Shown here: in pieces, positions 1 to 6,928 of the stretch
Position numbering within the stretch: the stretch's first letter is position 1
How the letters are laid out: every line of letters begins with the position of its first letter
Source of the DNA: Armatimonadota bacterium
GTDB taxonomy: Bacteria; Sysuimicrobiota; Sysuimicrobiia; Sysuimicrobiales; Humicultoraceae
Length of the DNA: 11,030 nt
NCBI GenBank assembly: GCA_052386995.1
Contig: JBQTJP010000319.1
Coordinates: 1 to 11,030 of the forward strand
Direction of reading: 5' to 3'
The notes under the pieces: model-generated
The model's database searches: none
The model's input: the letters and a program-made list of their open reading frames with translations, nothing else
Told to the model about the DNA's origin: nothing
Position numbers and translations under genes: made by a program

Positions 1-635
1 GGCTGCTCGTCGAGGCGGCTGCGCAGATCGGCGGGGGGATGCAGGTGCGCAACCGCGGGACGATCGGCGGTGCGGTCTCTTCGGGCAACCCGGCCTACGA
101 CTTTGCGCCCTGCCTTGTGGCCATCGACGCGGAGGTGCGGCTCGTCAGCGCCTCAGGTGAGCGGCGGGTGCGTGCCGCGCAGTTCTTCACCGACGCATTC
201 GTCACGGCGGCGCGGGCCGACGAACTGCTCGCGGGAATCTGCATTCCGGCCAACGGGGCGCAGGCCGCCGGGCCGAGTACGAGATACGCGTACGAGAAAT
301 TGAAGTTCACCGACGGATGCTACTGCATTGCCAGCGCCGCGTGTGTCGTGCGAATGCACGCCGATGGAACCCTCGCGTCGGTGCGCCTCGCGCTTGGAGG
401 CGTCGAGGCGGTTCCCGTGAGGCTGGACGCGGTGGAGGCGAGGCTCGCGGGTGCCAGGCTGACCGGCGGCCTGCTCGATGACGTTGCCGCGCTGGCGCGG
501 AAGGCCGTTGCGAGTCCAATCGACGACGTGATGGCAGACGGAGAGTACCGTCGCGCGATGGCGGGCGTGGTCGCGCGACGCGCGCTGGCGCGAGCAGCGG
601 CACGGGCCGGTGGTGCCCGTCCCGGGAGCGCATGA
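1..635 (+). CDS. coxM: Molybdenum hydroxylase (xanthine/CO dehydrogenase family) FAD-binding medium subunit, CoxM/CutM-like; 5'-truncated
   Basis: Frame is open from base 3 (LLVEAAAQIGGGMQVRNRGTIGG), so ATG39 is internal. Contains the FAD-binding QVRNRGTIGG motif, AYEKLK, VRLALGGV and C-terminal DDVMADGEYRRAMAGV, typical of CoxM/XdhB-type subunits. Stop TGA 633-635. The symbol is family-level; substrate unknown. Confidence 0.93.
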   Translation, partial: LLVEAAAQIGGGMQVRNRGTIGGAVSSGNPAYDFAPCLVAIDAEVRLVSASGERRVRAAQFFTDAFVTAARADELLAGICIPANGAQAAGPSTRYAYEKLKFTDGCYCIASAACVVRMHADGTLASVRLALGGVEAVPVRLDAVEARLAGARLTGGLLDDVAALARKAVASPIDDVMADGEYRRAMAGVVARRALARAAARAGGARPGSA

Positions 636-638
636 GGC

Positions 639-1148
639 ATGAGAGTCACAGTCCGGCTGACCGTAAATGGCGAGCCCCGGCAGGCAGAGGTCGATCCGCG
701 CACACTACTGGTACACCTGCTGCGCGACACGTTCGAACTCACGGGCACTCGCTTTGGCTGCCTGACCGGACACTGCGGCGCATGCACGGTGCTCGTGAAC
801 GGCCGCGCGGTCAAGGCGTGCACCATCCTGGCGGCGAGCGCCGACGGCGACGACGTCCTCACGATCGAGGGGCTGGCCGCCGGCGGGCTCCACTCCATCC
901 AGCAGGCCTTCTGGGATCACCATGGGTTTCAGTGCGGCTTCTGTACGCCCGGGATGATCATGACGGCGGTGGAATTGCTTCGCGAGTCGCCGGATCCCAG
1001 CGAACACGACATCCGCGCCGGGATCTCCGGAAATCTCTGCCGGTGCACCGGCTACCAAAACATCGTCAGGGCGATCCGGGCCGCGGCCGATGCCATGACG
1101 TCGGAGTCGACCCCTGCCGAGCGGCCGGGAAGTCAGGCGAGCGGATGA
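639..1148 (+). CDS. coxS: Molybdenum hydroxylase small subunit with two [2Fe-2S] clusters, CoxS/CutS-like (169 aa)
   Basis: Motifs [30 protein letters not shown] and GNLCRCTGY supply all eight Cys ligands. GGGAG at 624-628 lies 10 nt before ATG639. Directly follows the coxM-like gene. Confidence 0.96.
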   Translation: MRVTVRLTVNGEPRQAEVDPRTLLVHLLRDTFELTGTRFGCLTGHCGACTVLVNGRAVKACTILAASADGDDVLTIEGLAAGGLHSIQQAFWDHHGFQCGFCTPGMIMTAVELLRESPDPSEHDIRAGISGNLCRCTGYQNIVRAIRAAADAMTSESTPAERPGSQASG

Positions 1149-1963
1149 GGATCTGGTTTCAGAAGCACACGATCACGGGCCGGCTGGCCGCCCTCGATGC
1201 GGCCTATGAGGCGCACGTCCGCACGGTCGCCGGCCGGGAAACCCAGGTGGACTTTTTCGCGCTCCCGGACGAGACATACGCGGCGTCGCTTCCCGAACGA
1301 TACGTCCGGTACGCCGCGGTCGAATCGCTCTTCGCGTCGTATTTCGCGCTGCAGGCGCTCCGGGCCGAGCGTCAGGGCTACGACGCCTACGTCATCGGGA
1401 CTAGCCAGGATCCTGGGCTCGCCGATGCCCGGGCGTGGGTGGACATCCCCGTGCTCGGTTACGGTGAGACCGCCGCCCACGCCGCGGCCATGCTGGGACA
1501 GCGCTTCGCGTTCGTTGGGTTCATTCCGGAACTCGCCGAGCCGATCGCGGCCAATATGCGCCGGTACGGTCTGGCCGATCGCATGACGCCGTTCGTGCCG
1601 ATCGCCGGTGGCCCGGCAAGTATCGAAGCGGCGCTCACGGGCTCACCGGACGCTCATCTCGACGCATTCCGCCAAGCTGCCCGCACGGCTGCCGCCGCCG
1701 GTGCGGAGGTCATCATCCCAGGGGAAGGCCTGACGAACGAGGTGCTCTTTGCCGCCGGCGTGCGAGAGGTCGACGGCGTCGCCATCGTCGACGCCAACGG
1801 GCTGCTGGTCAAGATGGCCGAGTTGTTTGTCGAGTGCCGCAGGCTGGGGGTGCTGGCCAGGCCGCAGGTAGGATACTACAACCGCCGGCCCGGCCGCGAG
1901 CACATTGCGCACCTGTTGAAGTTGTTCGCTCCCAGGATCTTTGCAGAGGCTGAAATCGAATAA
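1145..1963 (+). CDS. Asp/Glu/hydantoin racemase superfamily protein (hydantoin/allantoin racemase-like fold), catalytic cysteines apparently substituted (272 aa)
   Basis: ATG1145 overlaps the coxS stop (ATGA), which is why I prefer it over the 632 start in the ORF track. AERQGYDAYVIGTSQDPGL..AR..VDIPVLGYGETA and GAEVIIPGEG..DGVAIVD match the hydantoin racemase pattern (DAxxIxCxxDPGL, IPVxG, GAxxIxLGC, GVPVID). Confidence 0.85.
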   Translation: MRIWFQKHTITGRLAALDAAYEAHVRTVAGRETQVDFFALPDETYAASLPERYVRYAAVESLFASYFALQALRAERQGYDAYVIGTSQDPGLADARAWVDIPVLGYGETAAHAAAMLGQRFAFVGFIPELAEPIAANMRRYGLADRMTPFVPIAGGPASIEAALTGSPDAHLDAFRQAARTAAAAGAEVIIPGEGLTNEVLFAAGVREVDGVAIVDANGLLVKMAELFVECRRLGVLARPQVGYYNRRPGREHIAHLLKLFAPRIFAEAEIE

Positions 1964-2003
1964 CAAGGACGGAACCGGAAACCAAGTTCTGAGAAACGCT
2001 CCT

Positions 2004-2837
2004 ATGGATGTTACGAAGAGGCAAATCACCGAAGTGTTCAACCGAGCGGCCGAGACTTACGAGCGTGTTGGTCCCAAGTTCTTCGCTCATTTTGGGAAAC
2101 GCTTGGTCGATTTAGCCCAGGTCACCCCTGGCGCGAGGGTGCTCGACGCCGCCTCAGGCGCGGGAGCGATTTTGTTTCCTGCGGCTCAGCGGATCGGCTC
2201 GCAGGGCCGTGTAGTCGGGATCGATCTTTCGCGGGCGATGATCGAGCGCCTCAGGCGCGAGGTAGCCCGGCGAGGCCTGCGGAATGCAACAGTCGCTCTT
2301 ATGGATGCGGAAGCCCTGGGTTTCCAGGACGCCTCTTTCGATTTTGTGCTATGCGGCTTTGCCCTGGACAGTTTTCCTGACCCCGACCATGCTATGAGTG
2401 AATTTCGTCGAGTACTCCGGCACGGCGGCCACCTTGGCCTCACAATTTCTAGCGGGTGGTGGTGGGAGGGTGATGAGCGGTGGCGATGGCATGGCGAACT
2501 CCTCAGGTCTCTCGGAGTGAACGTTCGTGCAGGCAGCGGGCGTTTCGCAACGCCCGACGTGGTTGAGACCGATTTGAAAGCATCCGGTTTCGTCGACATA
2601 TCGGTGCCGAAAGAGACTTTCGACATGGTTTTTGCCAACGCAGGGGACTGGTGGCAGTGGGCCTGGTCTCACGGCTACCGCCGCGTGCTGGAAGCGATGG
2701 GGCGTGAGGCGCTAGAGCGATACAGAGCGGCATGCTTTGAGCAACTTCCGCACCAGTCTGACGCAGACGGTATCCATGGAAGGCTTGAGGTTCTACTTGC
2801 ACGGGCGACGAAGCGACACTCCCCGAGCACCACTTGA
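2004..2837 (+). CDS. Class I SAM-dependent methyltransferase (UbiE/COQ5-like N-terminus), 277 aa
   Basis: FNRAAETYE, motif I RVLDAASGAG, VVGIDLSRAMI, MDAEALGFQDASFDFV, EFRRVLRHGG. ATG2004 is preferred over TTG1941, which overlaps the upstream gene. No strong RBS seen, so the start is uncertain. Confidence 0.88.
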   Translation: MDVTKRQITEVFNRAAETYERVGPKFFAHFGKRLVDLAQVTPGARVLDAASGAGAILFPAAQRIGSQGRVVGIDLSRAMIERLRREVARRGLRNATVALMDAEALGFQDASFDFVLCGFALDSFPDPDHAMSEFRRVLRHGGHLGLTISSGWWWEGDERWRWHGELLRSLGVNVRAGSGRFATPDVVETDLKASGFVDISVPKETFDMVFANAGDWWQWAWSHGYRRVLEAMGREALERYRAACFEQLPHQSDADGIHGRLEVLLARATKRHSPSTT

Positions 2838-2849
2838 GGCTTTAGAACT

Positions 2850-3284
2850 CTACATATCGGGTCGGAGAGTGTAGGTCCAGGCCTCTGCGTCAAGAATCAC
2901 ATCGCCGTGTTGGTTTGACACCACGAACTTCAGCTGACAGACGGGCTTGTCGGGCTTCAGACTCAAGATCTCAACCCGCGCGGTCAGCGTGTCGCCCACG
3001 TACGCGGGCGCAAGATAGGTCAGCGTCTGGCTCATGAAGACTGTCCCCGGACCCGGAAGGTCCATGGCGACAAGCGCGTTGAGCATTCCCGCCGTGATCC
3101 CGCCCTGGGCCACCCGGCGGCCAAAGCGCGTACCGGCGGCGAACGCCTCGTCGAAGTGCAGCGGGTTGTAGTCGCCAGTGATCTCGGCGTAGGCGCGGAG
3201 ATCGGCATCGGTGATGGTCTTGAAACGCTGCGCCGACTGGCCAACCCGCAACTGCAGCGGACCGACGGCGGTGGATTCGGTCAT
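2850..3284 (-). CDS. MaoC/PhaJ-family hotdog-fold dehydratase, (R)-specific enoyl-CoA hydratase-like (144 aa)
   Basis: Hydratase motif YAEITGDYNPLHFD (catalytic Asp/His), TRFGRRVAQG, LPGPGTVFMSQTLTYLAPAYVGDTL. Strong RBS GGAGGA 6 nt upstream. Confidence 0.93.
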   Translation of the reverse strand: MTESTAVGPLQLRVGQSAQRFKTITDADLRAYAEITGDYNPLHFDEAFAAGTRFGRRVAQGGITAGMLNALVAMDLPGPGTVFMSQTLTYLAPAYVGDTLTARVEILSLKPDKPVCQLKFVVSNQHGDVILDAEAWTYTLRPDM

Positions 3285-3290
3285 CGCGCG

Positions 3291-3296
3291 TCCTCC
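3291..3296 (-). promoter_or_regulatory. Shine-Dalgarno site GGAGGA for the MaoC-like gene
   Basis: Plus strand tcctcc 3291-3296, 6 nt from the ATG at 3284. Confidence 0.8.
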
Positions 3297-3302
3297 CGCA
3301 CA

Positions 3303-4292
3303 CTAGGTTTCTAGGAATCCTATCAGCCGTTGCACTGCGTGACGAAGGAACCTGGGGCCCCACGGCCGCAGCGTCGGCGTGTCCCAGCCGAGAACCCAGT
3401 TCACCAGGTCCACCACGCGCATCGCCTTGAAGGTCTCCAGGTTCTCATGATAACCGCGCGGAAGCGAGCGTATACGCTGGTAACCGTCAAGCAACGCTGT
3501 TTGCATTGGGGCGCTGCGATCGCCATAGTCTTCAAGCTCTGTGAGCATCACGGTGAGATCGAAGAGATAGTAGCCCCATCCAGAATCTTCGAAGTCGATG
3601 GCGGTGGCCTCGCCGCGGTCGAACACAAAATTCGCCGGGTGGGGGTCTGAGTGGATGAGGCCGAAGACTTCCCGTCCCTCACCCAGTACCCTCAGCTTCA
3701 GCGACACTCGTTCGGATGCTTCCCTGAATACCGTAAGATCGCCGTGCGAGTAGACTGCCGGCCCTTTCTTCCATAACGTTGCGGTGTCGCCGAAGAGGCG
3801 CTCCCAATCCCAGCGCGGCCGGCGAAACCCTTCGGGCACTGACCACTGCGCCGAGTGCTCGTGTAACCTGGCCATGTACGAGCCACAGGCCCGCGTGTCT
3901 GCCGCGTGAAGGCTTGATCTCTTGCGTCGCCCGGGAACCCAGTGGAAGAGGACGCAACGCCTTGGCTCTGGCACACCCTCTACTTCCACGTCGATCCAAG
4001 CCGATCCGTCACGCGCTGGTACGGGCTCTGGCACAGCCAGGTGTGCCTCGTGCTTCAGGGCTGCGAGCCAGAGGAACTCGGACCGAAGCTCGTTCTCGCT
4101 ATGGCGTTCCAGGTCATGAACTCTGAGAAGAAAGTGCCCTCGCGGACACCGAACACGGAAGAGTATGTGGTTGATCTGTCGCAGAAAGGTGAGCTGGGCT
4201 TCTGGAAGATCGAACCGCGAAATCGCTGTAGCGCCTAACCTTCTGAGCCGCCGCAGCCTTCCTACGCGCGTCAGACATTCGTAGGCTCTCAT
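3303..4292 (-). CDS. APH/choline-kinase-family phosphotransferase (homoserine kinase type II / AmiN-YerI-like), 329 aa
   Basis: FLLRVH, SELFWL-like SEFLWLAAL, VPEPV, MARLHEH, Brenner-type catalytic loop GLIHSDPHPANFVF and metal-binding IDFEDSGWGYYLFDL. I prefer ATG4292 (MRAYECLTRVGRLRRLRRL); the in-frame extension to ATG4421 is Arg/Cys-rich and overlaps a structured region. Confidence 0.88.
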   Translation of the reverse strand: MRAYECLTRVGRLRRLRRLGATAISRFDLPEAQLTFLRQINHILFRVRCPRGHFLLRVHDLERHSENELRSEFLWLAALKHEAHLAVPEPVPARDGSAWIDVEVEGVPEPRRCVLFHWVPGRRKRSSLHAADTRACGSYMARLHEHSAQWSVPEGFRRPRWDWERLFGDTATLWKKGPAVYSHGDLTVFREASERVSLKLRVLGEGREVFGLIHSDPHPANFVFDRGEATAIDFEDSGWGYYLFDLTVMLTELEDYGDRSAPMQTALLDGYQRIRSLPRGYHENLETFKAMRVVDLVNWVLGWDTPTLRPWGPRFLRHAVQRLIGFLET

Positions 4293-4352
4293 CGCATGGC
4301 ACCGTCTGCGTTCCAGCACGCTGGATTGCAAGGTTGCGTCTCCGGTCCGCTC

Positions 4353-4427
4353 TCTGCAGGGTGACGGTCGCCTAACGTTACAAGTAATTGCGCGAAAAGC
4401 CTCAATTTCTTGCACCGTCATTGCAGA
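4353..4427. repeat. Long imperfect inverted repeat (nested stem-loop) between livF and the phosphotransferase
   Basis: TCTGCA 4353-4358 / TGCAGA 4422-4427; TGACGGT 4362-4368 / ACCGTCA 4414-4420; CAAG-T-AATTG 4381-4390 / CAATT-T-CTTG 4403-4412. An asymmetric bulge at 4369-4380 contains the palindrome TAACGTTA. Confidence 0.7.
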
Positions 4428-4468
4428 CCCGGCTTGATCGGCGAAAGTCCCTAGACCCGAGTCCTGCC

Positions 4469-5167
4469 TCAGCCGCCGAGGTAGGCTTTCTTTACCCGCT
4501 CGTTGCCGATCAGGCCCGCGATTTTATCCTCGAGCACGATGCGGCCGTTTTCCAGCACGTAGCCGCGATGGGCGATGGTGAACGCCAGTTGTGCATTCTG
4601 CTCGACCAGGAGCACCGTCTTCCCCTGCTGGTTCAGCGTTTTAATCGCCCTGGCCACCTCGGTCACGAGGACGGGAGCCAGGCCCAGGGACGGTTCATCG
4701 AAGAGGAGCAGATCCGGATTCGACATGAGCGCACGGCCGATGGCCAGCATCTGCTGCTCGCCCCCAGACAGGCTGCCCGCCAGCTGGTCGCCCCGCTCCT
4801 CGAGCCTGGGAAACAGGGTGTAGACTCGGGCGAGGTCGGCACTCAGATCACCACTGCGCGTATATGCGCCCATTTCGAGATTCTCCAGCGTGGTCATCTC
4901 AGGGAAGATTTGCCGGCCCTCGGGGCAGTGGGCGATGCCCAGCGCCACGATGCGGTCGGGACTCACGCGCGTGATTTCACGGCCTTTGAAGAAAATGCTT
5001 CCCGAACGAGGGCGGATCAGACCTGAAATGGTGCGCAGCGTTGTGGTCTTCCCGGCGCCGTTCGCGCCGATGAGCGCCACCACCTCGCCGGCGTCCACGC
5101 GCATGGACACGTCTGCCAGCGCCCTGATCTTGCCATAGTAGGTTGAGGCGTTGACCAGTTCAAGCAA
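4469..5167 (-). CDS. livF: HAAT (branched-chain amino acid type) ABC transporter ATP-binding protein, LivF-like (232 aa)
   Basis: Walker A GANGAGKTT, HCPEGRQIF, FPRLEER, signature LSGGEQQMLAIGRALM, Walker B LLLFDEPSLGLAP, LLVEQN, C-terminal KAYLGG. Start TTG5167 follows GGGAG and overlaps the livG stop. Confidence 0.95.
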   Translation of the reverse strand: MLELVNASTYYGKIRALADVSMRVDAGEVVALIGANGAGKTTTLRTISGLIRPRSGSIFFKGREITRVSPDRIVALGIAHCPEGRQIFPEMTTLENLEMGAYTRSGDLSADLARVYTLFPRLEERGDQLAGSLSGGEQQMLAIGRALMSNPDLLLFDEPSLGLAPVLVTEVARAIKTLNQQGKTVLLVEQNAQLAFTIAHRGYVLENGRIVLEDKIAGLIGNERVKKAYLGG

Positions 5168-5921
5168 AGTCGCCGCTCCCCAGGTAGGTCTCGATGACTT
5201 TGGGATCGCGCTGGATGTCCTCCGGTCTTCCTTCCGCCAGCCGCTCGCCGTGATGCATGACAACGAGGCGGTGGCAGTGTTTCATGAGCGTGTCCATGTG
5301 GTGATCTACCAAGAGCACCGTCACGCCGCTGTCGTGGGTCTTATGGATCAGGGCCATGCAGTGGTCGGCTTCGGCGGGATTCATGCCGGCGAACGGCTCG
5401 TCCAGCAGGAGAAGCCTCGGATCTGCCCCGAGTGCAATCGCGATCTCCAACGTACGCTGGTCCCCGTAGGGGAGATCCTCGGCGATCTTGCCTCTCCGGT
5501 CCTCGAGGTCGGTAAAGGTGATGATCTCATTGATCCGGTTGGCAAGCGCCTCGACTTCGGCCCGGGGCGCGCCGAACAACGTGCGGCGCAGGCCTCCCTG
5601 TGCGCGCTTGTAACACCCGATGCGGATGTTGTCCTCGACGCTTAGGCGCGAGAAGACCTTCGTGTTCTGGAAGGTCCGCACGAGCCCTCGCCGCGCCAGC
5701 GCGTAGGGGGGAAGGCCCGTGATGTCCTCCTCACCAAAGACGATCCGCCCTGCGGTCGGGGTGTAGAAGCCCGTGATCAGATTGAACGTCGTGGTCTTCC
5801 CGGCGCCGTTCGGTCCGACGAGCCCAAGGATCTCACCGGACGAGATGGAAAAAGAGAGGTTCCACACCGCGCGGAATCCGCCGAAATACTTCGTCAGCTC
5901 ACGGACCTCCAGGATCGGCAT
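5160..5921 (-). CDS. livG: HAAT ABC transporter ATP-binding protein, LivG-like (253 aa)
   Basis: MPILEVRELTKYFGGFRAV, GPNGAGKTT, RTFQN, LPYGDQRTLEIAIAL, LLLLDEPFAGMN, DPKVIETYLG. ATG5921 lies 5 nt after the livM stop; the ORF-track extension to 6254 overlaps livM. Confidence 0.95.
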   Translation of the reverse strand: MPILEVRELTKYFGGFRAVWNLSFSISSGEILGLVGPNGAGKTTTFNLITGFYTPTAGRIVFGEEDITGLPPYALARRGLVRTFQNTKVFSRLSVEDNIRIGCYKRAQGGLRRTLFGAPRAEVEALANRINEIITFTDLEDRRGKIAEDLPYGDQRTLEIAIALGADPRLLLLDEPFAGMNPAEADHCMALIHKTHDSGVTVLLVDHHMDTLMKHCHRLVVMHHGERLAEGRPEDIQRDPKVIETYLGSGDFA

Positions 5922-5926
5922 GGTCC

Positions 5927-6928
5927 CTACGATGTCCGCTGCCCGAGCTTCTTGAGCCCCCCGACGAGCCCGGTGGGCAGAAAGGCGATCGCGGCGATGA
6001 GGAACACGCCGAAGACGATCTCGGCCAGGACCGGAGAGACATTTCTCAGGATGTCGCGCACGGCCGTGAGCAGGATCGGCCCGACGATCGGGCCCGCGAA
6101 CGTGCCCACGCCGCCCACCAGATTCATGACGAAGAGATTGAACGAATCGACGAACGTAAACGATTCGGGGCTCAGGAAGGTCGTGTAATGCGCGTAGAGT
6201 GACCCTGCCAGCCCCGCAACGCCGGCGCTGATCGCAAAGATCAGCACCTTGCACCGGTGGGTATCGATGCCAACCGCCATGGCCAGGTTTTCTTCTTCGC
6301 GGATGGCAATGAGCGCTTGGCCCATCCGCGTCTGGACGATCCGTTCCTTCAAGAGGAGGATCAGCACGACGAAGAACAGCACCAGATAGTAATAGCCGAT
6401 TTTGGATTGAAAGGTATTGAACGTGTGCGAGAACAGTGGGGGCAGATCGAGACGGGCGAAGGGGATGCCGGGCAGACCCATCGGACCCCGGGTGATGCCG
6501 ATCAGGCTCGTGAATAACAGCGTGAGGATGATCCCAAAGATGAACGTGACAAGCACGAAGTAGTGATGTCGCAGGCGCAGTGACGGATAGCCGACGAATA
6601 CTCCGCCCGCGGCCGCCACGATTGCCGCGGCCAGGAGCGCCAGCGGGAACGGGATGCGGTAGTGCATTATGAGGAGGGCCGAGGTGTATGCGCCGATGCC
6701 CCAGAAGCCCGCGTGCCCCAACGAGATCAGGCCCGTGTACCCGATGAGCAGATCCAGGCTCGCCACCAGGATGACGTTAATGCCAATGAGGATAAGCAGG
6801 TTGCGGGCCGCAATCGTCGGGAACACGAATGGGAGCGCGAGGGCGGCAACGGCCAGGGCGAGCGTCTGCACGCGCCGCCTGGCCGCGGGGTCGGTGCGCA
6901 GAGCCGCGCGGGATGCTGCGCCCGTCAC
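5927..6928 (-). CDS. livM: HAAT ABC transporter permease, LivM-like (333 aa)
   Basis: Hydrophobic. GYTGLISLGHAGFWGIGAY, LRLRHHYF, TRGPMGL, GQALIAIREEENLAMAVGID, AGLAGSLYAH, VGGVGTFAGPIVG, FLPTGLVG. GTG start overlaps the livH stop (GTGA). Confidence 0.94.
   Translation of the reverse strand: MTGAASRAALRTDPAARRRVQTLALAVAALALPFVFPTIAARNLLILIGINVILVASLDLLIGYTGLISLGHAGFWGIGAYTSALLIMHYRIPFPLALLAAAIVAAAGGVFVGYPSLRLRHHYFVLVTFIFGIILTLLFTSLIGITRGPMGLPGIPFARLDLPPLFSHTFNTFQSKIGYYYLVLFFVVLILLLKERIVQTRMGQALIAIREEENLAMAVGIDTHRCKVLIFAISAGVAGLAGSLYAHYTTFLSPESFTFVDSFNLFVMNLVGGVGTFAGPIVGPILLTAVRDILRNVSPVLAEIVFGVFLIAAIAFLPTGLVGGLKKLGQRTS

Noticed and set aside
632..1144. 171-aa N-terminal extension of the racemase-like ORF
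   Set aside because: Overlaps the clearly real coxS out of frame, is Arg/Gly/His-rich like a GC shadow frame, and a coupled ATG exists at 1145.
1..1148. Calling the locus an aerobic CO dehydrogenase
   Set aside because: The diagnostic large subunit is not in the window and the gene order is not coxMSL.
3303..4292. Calling the kinase an aminoglycoside resistance gene
   Set aside because: Only fold-level motifs are visible; its length and motifs fit the broader homoserine kinase II/AmiN-like group.
4370..4376. GCCTAAC (GTTAGGC on the minus strand), matching an integron core site upstream of a resistance-like kinase
   Set aside because: No complementary partner box forming an attC, no attC after the kinase or MaoC stops, and no integrase in the window. 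A single 7-mer is not sufficient.
4367..4432. Resemblance to a twister ribozyme (CGCCUAAC...AAGCC)
   Set aside because: The P1/P2 partner strands and pseudoknot pairings cannot be formed downstream.
4388..5026. 212-aa plus-strand ORF and other antisense ORFs (e.g. 320-898, 5151-5645, 9180-9722, 9280-9819)
   Set aside because: Antisense shadows of well-supported genes in GC-rich DNA, with no recognisable motifs.
5922..6254. N-terminal extension of livG, and likewise of livF (to 5263) and livH (to 7941)
   Set aside because: The extensions overlap neighbouring genes or the promoter region, and family-like sequence begins only at 5921, 5167 and 7800.
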